DNA from: a virus
Direction: 5' to 3' (one strand)
Length of the DNA stretch: 64,000 bases
IMG/VR virus record: IMGVR_UViG_3300006947_000007
Coordinates: 1-64,000 of that record
Shown here: positions 19,141 through 28,279 of the stretch, one piece after another
How the letters are laid out: every line of letters begins with the position of its first letter
Position numbering within the stretch: the first letter of the stretch is position 1
Notes under the pieces: generated by a model
Databases searched by the model: none
What the model saw: the letters and a program-made list of their open reading frames with translations, nothing else
What the model was told of the DNA's origin: nothing
Position numbers and translations under genes: made by a program

Positions 19141-20166
19141 ATGTTAAAATCGTTTTTTGGAACATGGGCCTATGCCTTTTATGCTTGGGCAATGCTAAGT
19201 GTATTGCTAGGTATATCTTGGTACACCGTAGAAATACTTGTTTTTTATAATGCCTGGAATAAAGAAATTTATGATGTCATTCAAACATTAAACGAAGATA
19301 GATTTTGGGAATTATTCTTAGGATTTGATTTAGGACGAATGTGGGAGTTTTTCACATTAACAGAAGACACAATGCCGTCATTTGTTGAGATTATAATATT
19401 ATATACACCAATAGCCGTGTATGCTTCTTGGCAAACACAAAGGTATTGTTTTAAATGGCGTGAAGCTAATACTCACCATTACTTAGTTAGGTGGGAGAAT
19501 TGTAAAGCTAAAATAGAAGGTGGTAGTCAGCGTATACAAGAAGACTTAATGATATTTGGTAAAACCCTACAAGGGTTATTTACTGGATTCTTTTCTTCTA
19601 TATTAATACTAATTGCTTTCCTCCCTATTCTATGGGAATTGTCTGAAGGTTTGCCAATATGGAACGGCAAAATAATTCCAGGATTCTTAGTATGGGTAGC
19701 ATTAAGTGTATCTATAGGTGGTACATTGATATCTGTTATCCTTGGTTGGAAACTTCCAAAACTTGAGTACAATAATCAAAAAGTTGAAGCTACTTTTAGA
19801 AAACAATTAGTGTACTCCGAAGATGATTTTAATAGCAGGGCTACCGAAGTTCTATTTCCTATGTTTTCATCAGTTAAAAGAAACTACTATAGACTTTTTA
19901 ACTGGTATATGGGATTTGGCGTCTGGCAAACAGCATTTGGATTATGTGTAGGCAACTTAGCACTTATCGTACTTGCTCCAGCATACTTCCAACAGCTGAT
20001 TACTTTAGGCGTATTATTCCAAGTTCTAAACGCCTTTGGTAGAGTAGAAAGTTCAATGGGTTTCTTCATAGATAGATGGACTACAATTGTAGACTTTTTA
20101 TCAGTAATAAAACGTATCCGTGAATTTAACAAGGCCCTGGACCAAGCAGAATTAGAGGAAAAATAA
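19141..20166 (+). CDS. sbmA: SbmA/BacA-family peptide transporter
   Basis: IEGGSQRIQED, KLPKLEYNNQKVEATFRKQLVYSEDD, ITLG..Q..NAFGRV, WTTIV match SbmA/BacA conserved blocks. Confidence 0.88.
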   Translation: MLKSFFGTWAYAFYAWAMLSVLLGISWYTVEILVFYNAWNKEIYDVIQTLNEDRFWELFLGFDLGRMWEFFTLTEDTMPSFVEIIILYTPIAVYASWQTQRYCFKWREANTHHYLVRWENCKAKIEGGSQRIQEDLMIFGKTLQGLFTGFFSSILILIAFLPILWELSEGLPIWNGKIIPGFLVWVALSVSIGGTLISVILGWKLPKLEYNNQKVEATFRKQLVYSEDDFNSRATEVLFPMFSSVKRNYYRLFNWYMGFGVWQTAFGLCVGNLALIVLAPAYFQQLITLGVLFQVLNAFGRVESSMGFFIDRWTTIVDFLSVIKRIREFNKALDQAELEEK

Positions 20167-20167
20167 A

Positions 20168-20650
20168 ATGATAAAGAAAACTTTAGCCAGATGGTGGCTA
20201 ATTACTGTCATCACATTGTGTGGATTTGTGCCAGTATATCAATACGGCATATTCCATGACATTTATAAGGCAGACGTGACTGGTATTCACTTAGTGATTT
20301 ACGGTGTGTTTCTAATAGCAACAATTCTAACAGGGATTGCCGCTTATAGAACATCCAAGGATTCTAGCAAAAAATATAATTCAACAACACACAAAGTAAT
20401 AGAAATGAATTGGTTCTGTTCAGAAGCTATGATGACATTAGGTTTGATTGGTACTGTAGCAGGTATGATATATTTGTTTGGGCAGATCTTTTTAGACATA
20501 GATCCAAGTAATGCAGACGATTTGAAAAAGGCATTATCTTATATGGCTACTGGTTTGTCAACTGCTATGTACACTACGATTTGCGGTATGATCGGAGCGT
20601 TGCTTATCAAGGTCCAATTAATGAGTATAGAGTTTGATCAAGATGGATAA
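20168..20650 (+). CDS. MotA/TolQ/ExbB proton-channel family protein
   Basis: 4 TM; LGLIGTVAGMI and GLSTAMYTT..G signature. Confidence 0.85.
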   Translation: MIKKTLARWWLITVITLCGFVPVYQYGIFHDIYKADVTGIHLVIYGVFLIATILTGIAAYRTSKDSSKKYNSTTHKVIEMNWFCSEAMMTLGLIGTVAGMIYLFGQIFLDIDPSNADDLKKALSYMATGLSTAMYTTICGMIGALLIKVQLMSIEFDQDG

Positions 20651-21323
20651 AAATAAGTATAAAAGCATGACATCATTCCTAGATATGTTATGGATATTAC
20701 TAGCAGGGTTTGGTGCTATGTTTATTATTGCTTTTCTTCTTATACAACCTCCAGCAAAAGAGGCAGATATTATTAAGAAAGCAGAATATATTATTGTCCT
20801 TAGTTGGGACAGTAAAGTAGGTGATGATATTGACCTTTGGGTACAAGATCCAAAAGGTGTTACGGTTAGTTTTAAAAATAGATCAGCCGGCTTTATGAAC
20901 TTAGAAAAAGACGACCTCGGAAGAACAAACGATACTATGACAGACGAGTATGGTACTGTAACTGTTATGGAAATAAACAGAGAAACAATAACACTTCGAG
21001 GGACTATAGAAGGCGAATACCAAGTTATGATTCATGTTTACAACAGAGAGTTTAAGAGTATGGGCACAGGATTAGGCAGAGAACGAACTACTGGGCCGGT
21101 ACCGTATACAGTTGAAGTTGTTAAGATTAATCCTTATAGAATTGTTTATGCCGAAGAAGGATTTTATGAATTTGACAAACAGGAAATAAGCATTGTAAGA
21201 TTTAAAGTAGATAAAAAAGGTTGGTTTGATGGTTTTAACAAAGATCCATCAAACATTATAATGATGAGATCTACCTCGTACGACGGCAATACTGAAACAG
21301 TAGACGGGACACCAAGATTATGA
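20634..21323 (+). CDS. ExbD/MotB-like single-TM partner with beta-rich exported domain
   Basis: TM SFLDMLW carrying the Asp; DIDLWVQDP..LEKDDLG..E.I..R...GEY domain; start possibly 20643. Confidence 0.65.
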   Translation: MIKMDKNKYKSMTSFLDMLWILLAGFGAMFIIAFLLIQPPAKEADIIKKAEYIIVLSWDSKVGDDIDLWVQDPKGVTVSFKNRSAGFMNLEKDDLGRTNDTMTDEYGTVTVMEINRETITLRGTIEGEYQVMIHVYNREFKSMGTGLGRERTTGPVPYTVEVVKINPYRIVYAEEGFYEFDKQEISIVRFKVDKKGWFDGFNKDPSNIIMMRSTSYDGNTETVDGTPRL

Positions 21324-21820
21324 TACTAGATATAGAAACTACTAAACTCTTTTTAACAATATCAATTTTCATACTAATGGGATTTAGTTTATTAGTATCC
21401 ATTCGTTACGGTAAACTAAATAAATGGACTTACATAATGATTCCTGTTATATTAGCGTTATCTATAACTGTTAAAATTAGTATAGAAGATATGTTAGGTT
21501 ATCCTACTAACAGACAAGTAACTAAAGAACAATTATACCTGACTCACATGATCGGTATAAACAAAGAATGGATATATATTTGGGCAATTGACAAACAAGT
21601 ATCTATGGTGCCAAGGTCATATAGAATAGACTATACTAAAGAAAATGAGAAAAAACTTAATGAAGCTAAGAATCAAGCATCAAGCGGAGTGCCAATGGGA
21701 GTGACAATTGAACGGCCGCCTATATCATTAAGTGATAATCAAGATCAAACTAGAGTCCGAGTAGATATTTACAACAAATTTACTGGGGTAACTAAACAAA
21801 TTAATGGGGAAAATGAATGA
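21320..21820 (+). CDS. 2-TM membrane protein
   Basis: ATGA overlap; two TMs, LGYP and PRSY motifs. Confidence 0.7.
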   Translation: MILDIETTKLFLTISIFILMGFSLLVSIRYGKLNKWTYIMIPVILALSITVKISIEDMLGYPTNRQVTKEQLYLTHMIGINKEWIYIWAIDKQVSMVPRSYRIDYTKENEKKLNEAKNQASSGVPMGVTIERPPISLSDNQDQTRVRVDIYNKFTGVTKQINGENE

Positions 21821-22395
21821 GTGAGAAAAAACAATTAACACCAGCAGACATGATACCACCTAAAATAGAATTACTATTAAATGGTATGTATGTGTTTATG
21901 GGAGATGTTTCTATGGAAACTATGAGTCCAGTAGTTGACTGGATACTCGCTGAAAACATGAAAAAAACTAATAAAGCAAAAGAATTAACCTTAGGGATTT
22001 GTTCTCGAGGTGGAGACTTAAATGCCTGTTTTGCTTTAGTTGATGTTATGAGGGCGTCGTCAATACCCGTTAAAACAGTAGGACTTGGGATGATTGCTTC
22101 ATGCGGTTTACTGTTGTTTATATCAGGTAAGAAAGGACGAAGAGTGCTTACACCTAATACAGCAATATTGTCTCACCAGTACAGTTGGGGAAGTGTAGGT
22201 AAAGAACACGAACTATTTGCTCGTGTTAAGGAAATGGAACTAACCTCAGAGCGTTTAATTAATCACTATAGAAAGTGTACAGGATTATCAGAAAAGAAAA
22301 TTAGAGAAGTTTTACTACCTCCTCAAGATGTATGGCTTGGTTCCGAAGAAGCCTTAGCATTAAAACTTTGCGATAGGGTAGAAAGCATTAAATAG
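21817..22395 (+). CDS. clpP: ClpP protease subunit
   Basis: CSRGGD, IASCG (Ser), LSHQ (His), QDVWL (Asp). Confidence 0.88.
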   Translation: MSEKKQLTPADMIPPKIELLLNGMYVFMGDVSMETMSPVVDWILAENMKKTNKAKELTLGICSRGGDLNACFALVDVMRASSIPVKTVGLGMIASCGLLLFISGKKGRRVLTPNTAILSHQYSWGSVGKEHELFARVKEMELTSERLINHYRKCTGLSEKKIREVLLPPQDVWLGSEEALALKLCDRVESIK

Positions 22396-23050
22396 AATAG
22401 TATCTCATCATTAACGAATCCCTATTAAAATCTGTTAAGTTATTAATAGGGTTAACTAAATGCCAAGAATCTTCACTTGGTTTAATACACCAAGCGACAT
22501 TAGGTATAAATGGTATAGTTTCAATTGTCATGTAACTAATCTTTACATTAAATGCGTTAAATTTCTTTAGTAACTTTAAACCCAACCCTGGATGGCTGTT
22601 GTCAATAGGACAGTATACTTGAAAGTTCAATAGTAATCCTTCATGATTCATATCTGTATGTGGTTTTAAATCTATAGTAATTTCTCTGACTAGTTCTGAC
22701 CCGCCTTTTGCTTCTTCTGTAATACCAAACTTGTTAAAGATTGCTTCTTTAACATTTACATTAGACAATAACACATCAACTTCCACATGTACACTATTTG
22801 CTTTATACATATCATAAGTTATTGTACCGGCTTCGTGTATGTTTTCCAATGTAGGGCTAAAGTCGCCTTTATTAGGTATTTCAATCTTTCGTATTGCTTT
22901 AAGATTGTCGTTTGTTAATTTATTATTTGCTTGGACTAATCTGTTATACAGATCAGCGGGTAAAAAGTCATGGATTATAAAATGATCGAAAGGTGCCGAT
23001 GACACCGTTGCTTTATTAATTTTGGATAGTATATGATCTAAATGTTTCAT
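22388..23050 (-). CDS. 2OG-Fe(II) oxygenase-like protein
   Basis: PFDHFIIHDFLP, PHTD (HxD), DSWH, R.S motif. Confidence 0.7.
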   Translation of the reverse strand: MKHLDHILSKINKATVSSAPFDHFIIHDFLPADLYNRLVQANNKLTNDNLKAIRKIEIPNKGDFSPTLENIHEAGTITYDMYKANSVHVEVDVLLSNVNVKEAIFNKFGITEEAKGGSELVREITIDLKPHTDMNHEGLLLNFQVYCPIDNSHPGLGLKLLKKFNAFNVKISYMTIETIPFIPNVAWCIKPSEDSWHLVNPINNLTDFNRDSLMMRYYSI

Positions 23051-23069
23051 TGCTCACTCATATTTATGT

Positions 23070-23144
23070 TGGTACACCCTAGGAGAATCGAACTCCTCTT
23101 GATGGCATGAAAAGCCACAGTCCTAACCGATAGACGAAGGGTGC
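23070..23144 (-). tRNA. tRNA-Glu (anticodon UUC), CCA encoded
   Basis: GCACCCT..GTGGC-TTTTCAT-GCCAT..AGGAG-TTCGATT-CTCCT-AGGGTGT-ACCA cloverleaf. Confidence 0.95.
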
Positions 23145-23468
23145 TTAAACTGTTTCTATGTCGTCAGCTATTTTAACTGAGATAACGTTAGCCCAGATGA
23201 AACTGCGCCAGCCTTCTGCTTTGATATCCCACACACTTTGTAAGTGTTCCTTAACAGGCTTAGGTTCCTCACCCTCTGCTAATGGCTTAGGACGATTCTC
23301 TACAGGTATTGCCTCGGTTACAAGTGTACACGTCATTACACGCTGTTCACCGTTTTTCTTTGTAAATGTTACTTCCATGATATTTGAGCGTAAATCTTCT
23401 TTAACTTCAGAGTTACGTTCTGGATCATCAAATCCTATTTCTTCAAATAACTTCATTTGTACTGCCAT
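23145..23468 (-). CDS. WYL_2/Sm-like SH3-fold phage protein
   Basis: VTFTKKNGEQRVMTCTL..VWDIKAEGWRSF. Confidence 0.75.
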   Translation of the reverse strand: MAVQMKLFEEIGFDDPERNSEVKEDLRSNIMEVTFTKKNGEQRVMTCTLVTEAIPVENRPKPLAEGEEPKPVKEHLQSVWDIKAEGWRSFIWANVISVKIADDIETV

Positions 23469-23788
23469 TATGCTATAACTCCATAATAAAAATTTAATAA
23501 GCCAACAACTATGAGAGTCACTAGCACCGCATTTAGAAAAATAAGAGCACGGTCATGCCATAGCATACCTACCCACAACCAACCAACAGTTCCAATTAAA
23601 CCAAACCATAAATCAATGTGAGGTATAGTTCCTACACTCCTGGCCGATGTTGCTATTAATATAAACATTACTGACACCCACTTAACATACCATGACAAGT
23701 CGCCCTTGGGCGTTATCTTCTTAAATACCCTAGTTGAATCTAGGGCTTTAATTTTATCATTAAGTTTTTGTCTTTTTTCAGATGCCAT
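23468..23788 (-). CDS. 3-TM membrane protein
   Basis: SWYVKW..GWLWVGMLWHDRALI hydrophobic pattern. Confidence 0.7.
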   Translation of the reverse strand: MASEKRQKLNDKIKALDSTRVFKKITPKGDLSWYVKWVSVMFILIATSARSVGTIPHIDLWFGLIGTVGWLWVGMLWHDRALIFLNAVLVTLIVVGLLNFYYGVIA

Positions 23789-23894
23789 AAAAGATCTTTC
23801 CTACTTCAAAAGTAATTACAACTGCTACTAGAAAGTATACAGTATTTTTCATTCGGTTCATTGAACGTTCTAACTTATCCATTCCTTTACTCAT
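23778..23894 (-). CDS. 38-aa small membrane ORF absent from track
   Basis: MSKGMDKLERSMNRMKNTVYFLVAVVITFEVGKIFYGI; GGAG SD. Confidence 0.5.
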   Translation of the reverse strand: MSKGMDKLERSMNRMKNTVYFLVAVVITFEVGKIFYGI

Positions 23895-23909
23895 TTTTTT
23901 ATCTCCACA

Positions 23910-24308
23910 TTATTTAAATTGTTGACACAACATCAAATCATCTACTTGATATTCTGTTGATTTAATACAAGTATAAGCCAATAATATTGTTTCTGTCATT
24001 TCGTTATACTCTTCCTCGGTGTGTCCTACTGTCTCGATTATTGGCTCACAGCCCTGGTAACCACCACCGCATTTTCTATATACTTCAGCAACTACAAAAT
24101 CTAATGTTTTGTCTGCTTTGTTAAGTTCTTCTAACTTGTTAATAATAGGAATAGCACATTGTCCATTGCCGTAATTTTGTATAGACTTATGACAAATAGA
24201 CATCTCATCATATATTACTCTGCCTTCACTTTTAAGACTAAGTTCTATCGCATCTGTAGTACCACTAAGTGCTAATGTAAGTAGTGATAATAAAATAAGA
24301 TCTATCAT
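23910..24308 (-). CDS. Secreted Cys-rich hypothetical protein
   Basis: Signal peptide, 6 Cys. Confidence 0.6.
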   Translation of the reverse strand: MIDLILLSLLTLALSGTTDAIELSLKSEGRVIYDEMSICHKSIQNYGNGQCAIPIINKLEELNKADKTLDFVVAEVYRKCGGGYQGCEPIIETVGHTEEEYNEMTETILLAYTCIKSTEYQVDDLMLCQQFK

Positions 24309-24502
24309 ACAGTCTTAGGTTTAGGTGACTCGTATATAGTGAGGTTGTCTAGGCCTTGATCTATCTTAGCCTTATCCATTATAGCATCAAAGGCTTTCTG
24401 ATTCTGTAGTATTCTCAACTTTTTAAAGGCTTTCTGTGCCTCTGGTGTAGGCTTCTTCCAGCCTTTGTATTGTTCTTTAGCTCTTTCTTTTAATGACTTC
24501 AT
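24305..24502 (-). CDS. Hypothetical protein
   Basis: GGAGG SD, ATGA overlap. Confidence 0.6.
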   Translation of the reverse strand: MKSLKERAKEQYKGWKKPTPEAQKAFKKLRILQNQKAFDAIMDKAKIDQGLDNLTIYESPKPKTV

Positions 24503-25270
24503 TTAAGCCTCCTCGACTTTTTTAACATAATTTAAACTTGTTTCCCAAGCACCTTTATAAAACTTACTAAGACCAAGACGTTTCACCTTCGCTTTGATAT
24601 CAATAACATCATTAGTTTCACCTAATTCTTTACCGTTCCAAAAGTTAACAAGGAACTTGTTTTCGTATATACCTGTGTAAATAAATGATTCATAATTTTT
24701 AGAATAAAAAGCATTTATAAGTTTAACACTACCTTCTATCTTATCACCTATTGAACCAATGTATTCATTAGCACAATTTTCTAATACAGTATCCTCAATA
24801 ACTTCTTGTTTAGCATCTCTGTAATAAGCAGACGGAGTTGAACATAGTAAGCCTACTCCAAATGCCGGTACTTCTTCTTTGTCTAATGTTTGCCAAATGT
24901 TCTCAACATACTCGTTAAGTTGACCACCTAGTGCTTCAAATATTTTACCTTGAAAGTGTGATTTAATATCTTCTGCTAGGCATTTATCTTCCATAGTGAT
25001 TTCAATCTTACAGGCTTGTAAGAAATCATATCTTTGTGGGTGGTGAGCATAACTAGGAAGGTTGCCTGTTACTAAAAAATATACTAGAGATTTGTTACTT
25101 GCTTTTGTAACAATCCATTTAGTAGGCTGATGATCAGGTTTGTGGTATTTTGTTTGATCTTCTTTAACATACGACCCGTTGATATGTTGGGCGGCACAAG
25201 CCGCCTGTAATACCAAATCTGTATTGTACGTTTTTGTTTGTTTCATAGCATTAGCCTTATAGTACATCAT
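24503..25270 (-). CDS. Hypothetical protein with probable C-terminal OB fold
   Basis: YIGSIGDKIE..IKAKVK..T.LNYVK pattern. Confidence 0.6.
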   Translation of the reverse strand: MMYYKANAMKQTKTYNTDLVLQAACAAQHINGSYVKEDQTKYHKPDHQPTKWIVTKASNKSLVYFLVTGNLPSYAHHPQRYDFLQACKIEITMEDKCLAEDIKSHFQGKIFEALGGQLNEYVENIWQTLDKEEVPAFGVGLLCSTPSAYYRDAKQEVIEDTVLENCANEYIGSIGDKIEGSVKLINAFYSKNYESFIYTGIYENKFLVNFWNGKELGETNDVIDIKAKVKRLGLSKFYKGAWETSLNYVKKVEEA

Positions 25271-25416
25271 TAAAAGTCGTCTTTATCAATAGGTTGAGCA
25301 GGCCTCTCTTGGCAAATACCCGTACTTGGTAGTTCAATATCGACTGGCATATAACTACAACATCCAGCTAAAAATCCTGTACATAAAATAAACATTAAAG
25401 TTATTAAATATTTCAT
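25270..25416 (-). CDS. Small lipoprotein (start MKYLITL)
   Basis: Signal peptide with LAGC. Confidence 0.5.
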   Translation of the reverse strand: MKYLITLMFILCTGFLAGCCSYMPVDIELPSTGICQERPAQPIDKDDF

Positions 25417-25417
25417 G

Positions 25418-25621
25418 TTATTGTACCCATATATGGTTATATTTGGTTGGCATGTTTTCGCAATTATAAGCAGTATCACTAAATAGAATGCTTGGGAAGT
25501 TCTCCACTTCAACACAAACTCCGGTGCTGTGGGACATTAATACGTTTGGAATAGAGAACATATAGTCAGCACCTACAAAACCTAAACCAAATATAACTAA
25601 CCCTACTATAACTGTTTTCAT
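25418..25621 (-). CDS. Small membrane-anchored early protein
   Basis: First gene after sigma70 promoter. Confidence 0.6.
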   Translation of the reverse strand: MKTVIVGLVIFGLGFVGADYMFSIPNVLMSHSTGVCVEVENFPSILFSDTAYNCENMPTKYNHIWVQ

Positions 25622-25654
25622 ATCTTCTACTCTTTTTATTAACTTATACTATGT

Positions 25655-25683
25655 ATTATACACTAGTCTAGGCCAAAAGTCAA
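25655..25683 (-). promoter_or_regulatory. sigma70 early promoter TTGACT-17-TATAAT
   Basis: GGTTGACTTTTGGCC-N7-AGTGTATAAT-type family member. Confidence 0.85.
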
Positions 25684-25725
25684 CCGAAAAGACGTCTTTT
25701 TTTCATCTAATTTAAGGATTTGTGG

Positions 25726-26619
25726 TTATTTGAAGGCTTCGTCGAAGAATTCAGCCATTTTAGACATATATTTGGAATGTAAATGATGGTAATCATCATG
25801 ACAGTACTGCCGAAAGTGTCTCCTCATTACGGCTCCAGGTGGATTGTTTTTTGCTTCTTGACTCTTAAATTCAACAACCGATTTTTCATATTCCCATTGT
25901 ATCATATTGTTATTTTTTAACATATTTAGACTTGCTGGAATACGGAACGAACTCATTAACGCCGGCGACCAGGAGAACCAATATACTTGTTTACCTTTGG
26001 TTTTTCTTAAGAACGAGTCTATAAATTCACATTGTGCTACGACATCTGAGTGTTTAGATTTAAGGCCGCCATTAACATTTGTTAAGACTTGCTTATATCC
26101 TCGCCACTGTTCCTCTGTTAAACTATTAAATGACATACCGGTTTTTTCGGTCCAATATTGATTTAATTCTTCAATAGACATATTAGCATGAAATGAATCT
26201 ATTACCGGTGTCGCGTGTTCACGGTATTCTTCGTATAGGTTTTGGGGTAGACCATCTACCCATTCTTGAACTGGAAAGTAACGTTCATAGTGCTCATGGT
26301 AGTCTGAATTAACGTGTGCTGAAAGACGCTCTCCTTCAGGAATTTCTAGTACAAATACATCAGGATCATATCGATTTATTAATTCTAATATTCTTTTAAA
26401 GTAAGGTTCAATGCCTTGAGCAGGCTCACTACAATTGTAAATTTTATTATTAGGATGTCTTTGAGAAACTGCTTGAACTAGATTAGTTTCAAATGCAAAT
26501 CTAGGATTCGACTTTCTCTTTTCTCCGGGCCAACTATTAACATAAAGATTAGATTTAAATTCATCCTCACATTGGGACAAATAACTTGTTCCAATAAAGG
26601 CATATGATTTATCTATCAA
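25726..26619 (-). CDS. SGNH-hydrolase-like protein (paralog of 44468-45361)
   Basis: FIGTSY block I, KIYN..P..GI, YDPD...EIP, terminal D..HL. Confidence 0.55.
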   Translation of the reverse strand: MIDKSYAFIGTSYLSQCEDEFKSNLYVNSWPGEKRKSNPRFAFETNLVQAVSQRHPNNKIYNCSEPAQGIEPYFKRILELINRYDPDVFVLEIPEGERLSAHVNSDYHEHYERYFPVQEWVDGLPQNLYEEYREHATPVIDSFHANMSIEELNQYWTEKTGMSFNSLTEEQWRGYKQVLTNVNGGLKSKHSDVVAQCEFIDSFLRKTKGKQVYWFSWSPALMSSFRIPASLNMLKNNNMIQWEYEKSVVEFKSQEAKNNPPGAVMRRHFRQYCHDDYHHLHSKYMSKMAEFFDEAFK

Positions 26620-26987
26620 AACGGTACTTGAATATAATCATCTTCTTCTAAGTCGGGTGGTGTTAGAAGCTCTAATGTTATATGTTGCTCAACTGCTAAA
26701 GCATACTCGTCAGCTAGTTGTTTAAGATGTGGATGTTTTTCTTCCATTTCTACATTACGGTCCAAATCTGCTGGAATACCTAATGCCCTTTCTATTCGCT
26801 GTAGGCGATAATTAACTTGGTCTAGTTCAGTATTGTCTTCTGCTAAATCTGAAAGCCTGGCTTTAAGAAATGGTTCATTAGCAAAGTCTATTCCTGATTC
26901 GGAAGTCATATATTTAATTGAGTTGCTATCTTCATTGTAATAACTATCTATGTCTAGTATATACTGGCCGTGTTCATCTGGGTTCAT
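26616..26987 (-). CDS. Hypothetical protein
   Basis: ATGA-coupled ORF. Confidence 0.6.
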   Translation of the reverse strand: MNPDEHGQYILDIDSYYNEDSNSIKYMTSESGIDFANEPFLKARLSDLAEDNTELDQVNYRLQRIERALGIPADLDRNVEMEEKHPHLKQLADEYALAVEQHITLELLTPPDLEEDDYIQVPF

Positions 26988-28279
26988 TTTGTTTCTCCTA
27001 ATTCGATCCTTTCTTCTTTCTTAGATCTTAGTGATGTAGCAATTGATCCACAGTTATCAATACAAATATTAAGCCTAGGCTTATCGGGATCATCTGTTTT
27101 ATTATCCCAACTATCATGTAAATCCTTTTGAAAGAATTTATGATGTAAGATATCTTCTAATGTATGATGACTTGTATAGTTCCACTTCTCATCATACTTG
27201 TTAACATAGTAATTTTGGTATTCGTTATCAGGCTGTCCTTGTTCGTTTGCTGAATCCTTGTTCCAAGGTCTACCAAAGTATGCTGTCATATGGCAACAAA
27301 CATGGACTCGTCCGTCCCATTCAATTTGTAGCTTTCCTTCATTGCCCCACTGACACCAAATGCTACAATTATTAGCATAGTCGTCCATATCGTTGTTAAA
27401 CTCTTCGACAACAATTTTCTTTGCTTTTACTTCCATTTCTTTGTATGCTTCTGTAGTGTGACTGTGTTCGGCACCGTCGGACATGTCTTTCTTTTTTACC
27501 TTGCTAAAGCCATCAACTTCATAACTTGTTTCTTTGTCTTCCACAGTCATAACACCTGTTCTAATTGCTTCTTCTCTTAGTGTGTTAGAAATGTGTTCTG
27601 CCATTCTACTACGTCTAATATCAAACCTGGAGAATCCATATTCTTTTGCTAGTTTTTGAGCATCTTGTATCTGATGTTTGTTATGATCAAATTCTATAAA
27701 CTGCCATACTGCTACACCACCAGCATCCATAAACCACTTAGCTCTTTCTAATACTTTTTCGTAAGGTACACCCCTACGATACATTTGGTGTGTCTTATCG
27801 TCTGTGCCTTCTAAAGCAAATATAACTTCAGAGTTGTTAGGGTTATATCGTTCACTGGCAATCTTGCCTAGTTCAGTCCAAAATGCTTTATCTCTTACAC
27901 CACCGTTTGTGCTAATCCATAAGTCAGTACGTCGGTTACGACCGTTTGCTTCACGCTCTGCTTTTTGTGAATCACTAACGTCTGCTATATGGTGTAAGAT
28001 TTCAATCAAGTCTGGGTGCATTATACAGTCACCAAACGTGCCATTAAAGTCTAATGTTTTAAGACCTCCCATTACTGTAGGAGTAAACACATTTTTAACA
28101 GTTGACAACGGCATGTTACCCTTATGTCCTACTTGTATAGCAGGATTGATATCACCTTCTTTAAGTCCTAGTCGTGGAACATCTGACGATACACGCCTCA
28201 AGCATCCAGGACAGAAACTATTACAGTTGGCTGTAATATCTATTGTAATTCTTCTAAGTTTTTTAGGGTCTAAGAACAT
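26984..28279 (-). CDS. Radical SAM protein with C-terminal SPASM/twitch-like domain
   Basis: CNSFCPGC, GTFGD, STNGG; C-term C..CC..CxxxC. Confidence 0.88.
   Translation of the reverse strand: MFLDPKKLRRITIDITANCNSFCPGCLRRVSSDVPRLGLKEGDINPAIQVGHKGNMPLSTVKNVFTPTVMGGLKTLDFNGTFGDCIMHPDLIEILHHIADVSDSQKAEREANGRNRRTDLWISTNGGVRDKAFWTELGKIASERYNPNNSEVIFALEGTDDKTHQMYRRGVPYEKVLERAKWFMDAGGVAVWQFIEFDHNKHQIQDAQKLAKEYGFSRFDIRRSRMAEHISNTLREEAIRTGVMTVEDKETSYEVDGFSKVKKKDMSDGAEHSHTTEAYKEMEVKAKKIVVEEFNNDMDDYANNCSIWCQWGNEGKLQIEWDGRVHVCCHMTAYFGRPWNKDSANEQGQPDNEYQNYYVNKYDEKWNYTSHHTLEDILHHKFFQKDLHDSWDNKTDDPDKPRLNICIDNCGSIATSLRSKKEERIELGETK

Noticed and set aside
20168-21323. Zorya ZorAB defence system
   Set aside because: The MotA-like protein lacks the long ZorA tail, the partner lacks an OmpA domain, and there is no ZorC/D/E
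23070-23144. tRNA read as UCA (Sec/opal suppressor)
   Set aside because: The 7-nt loop is TTTTCAT, so the anticodon is TTC (Glu); there is no long variable arm
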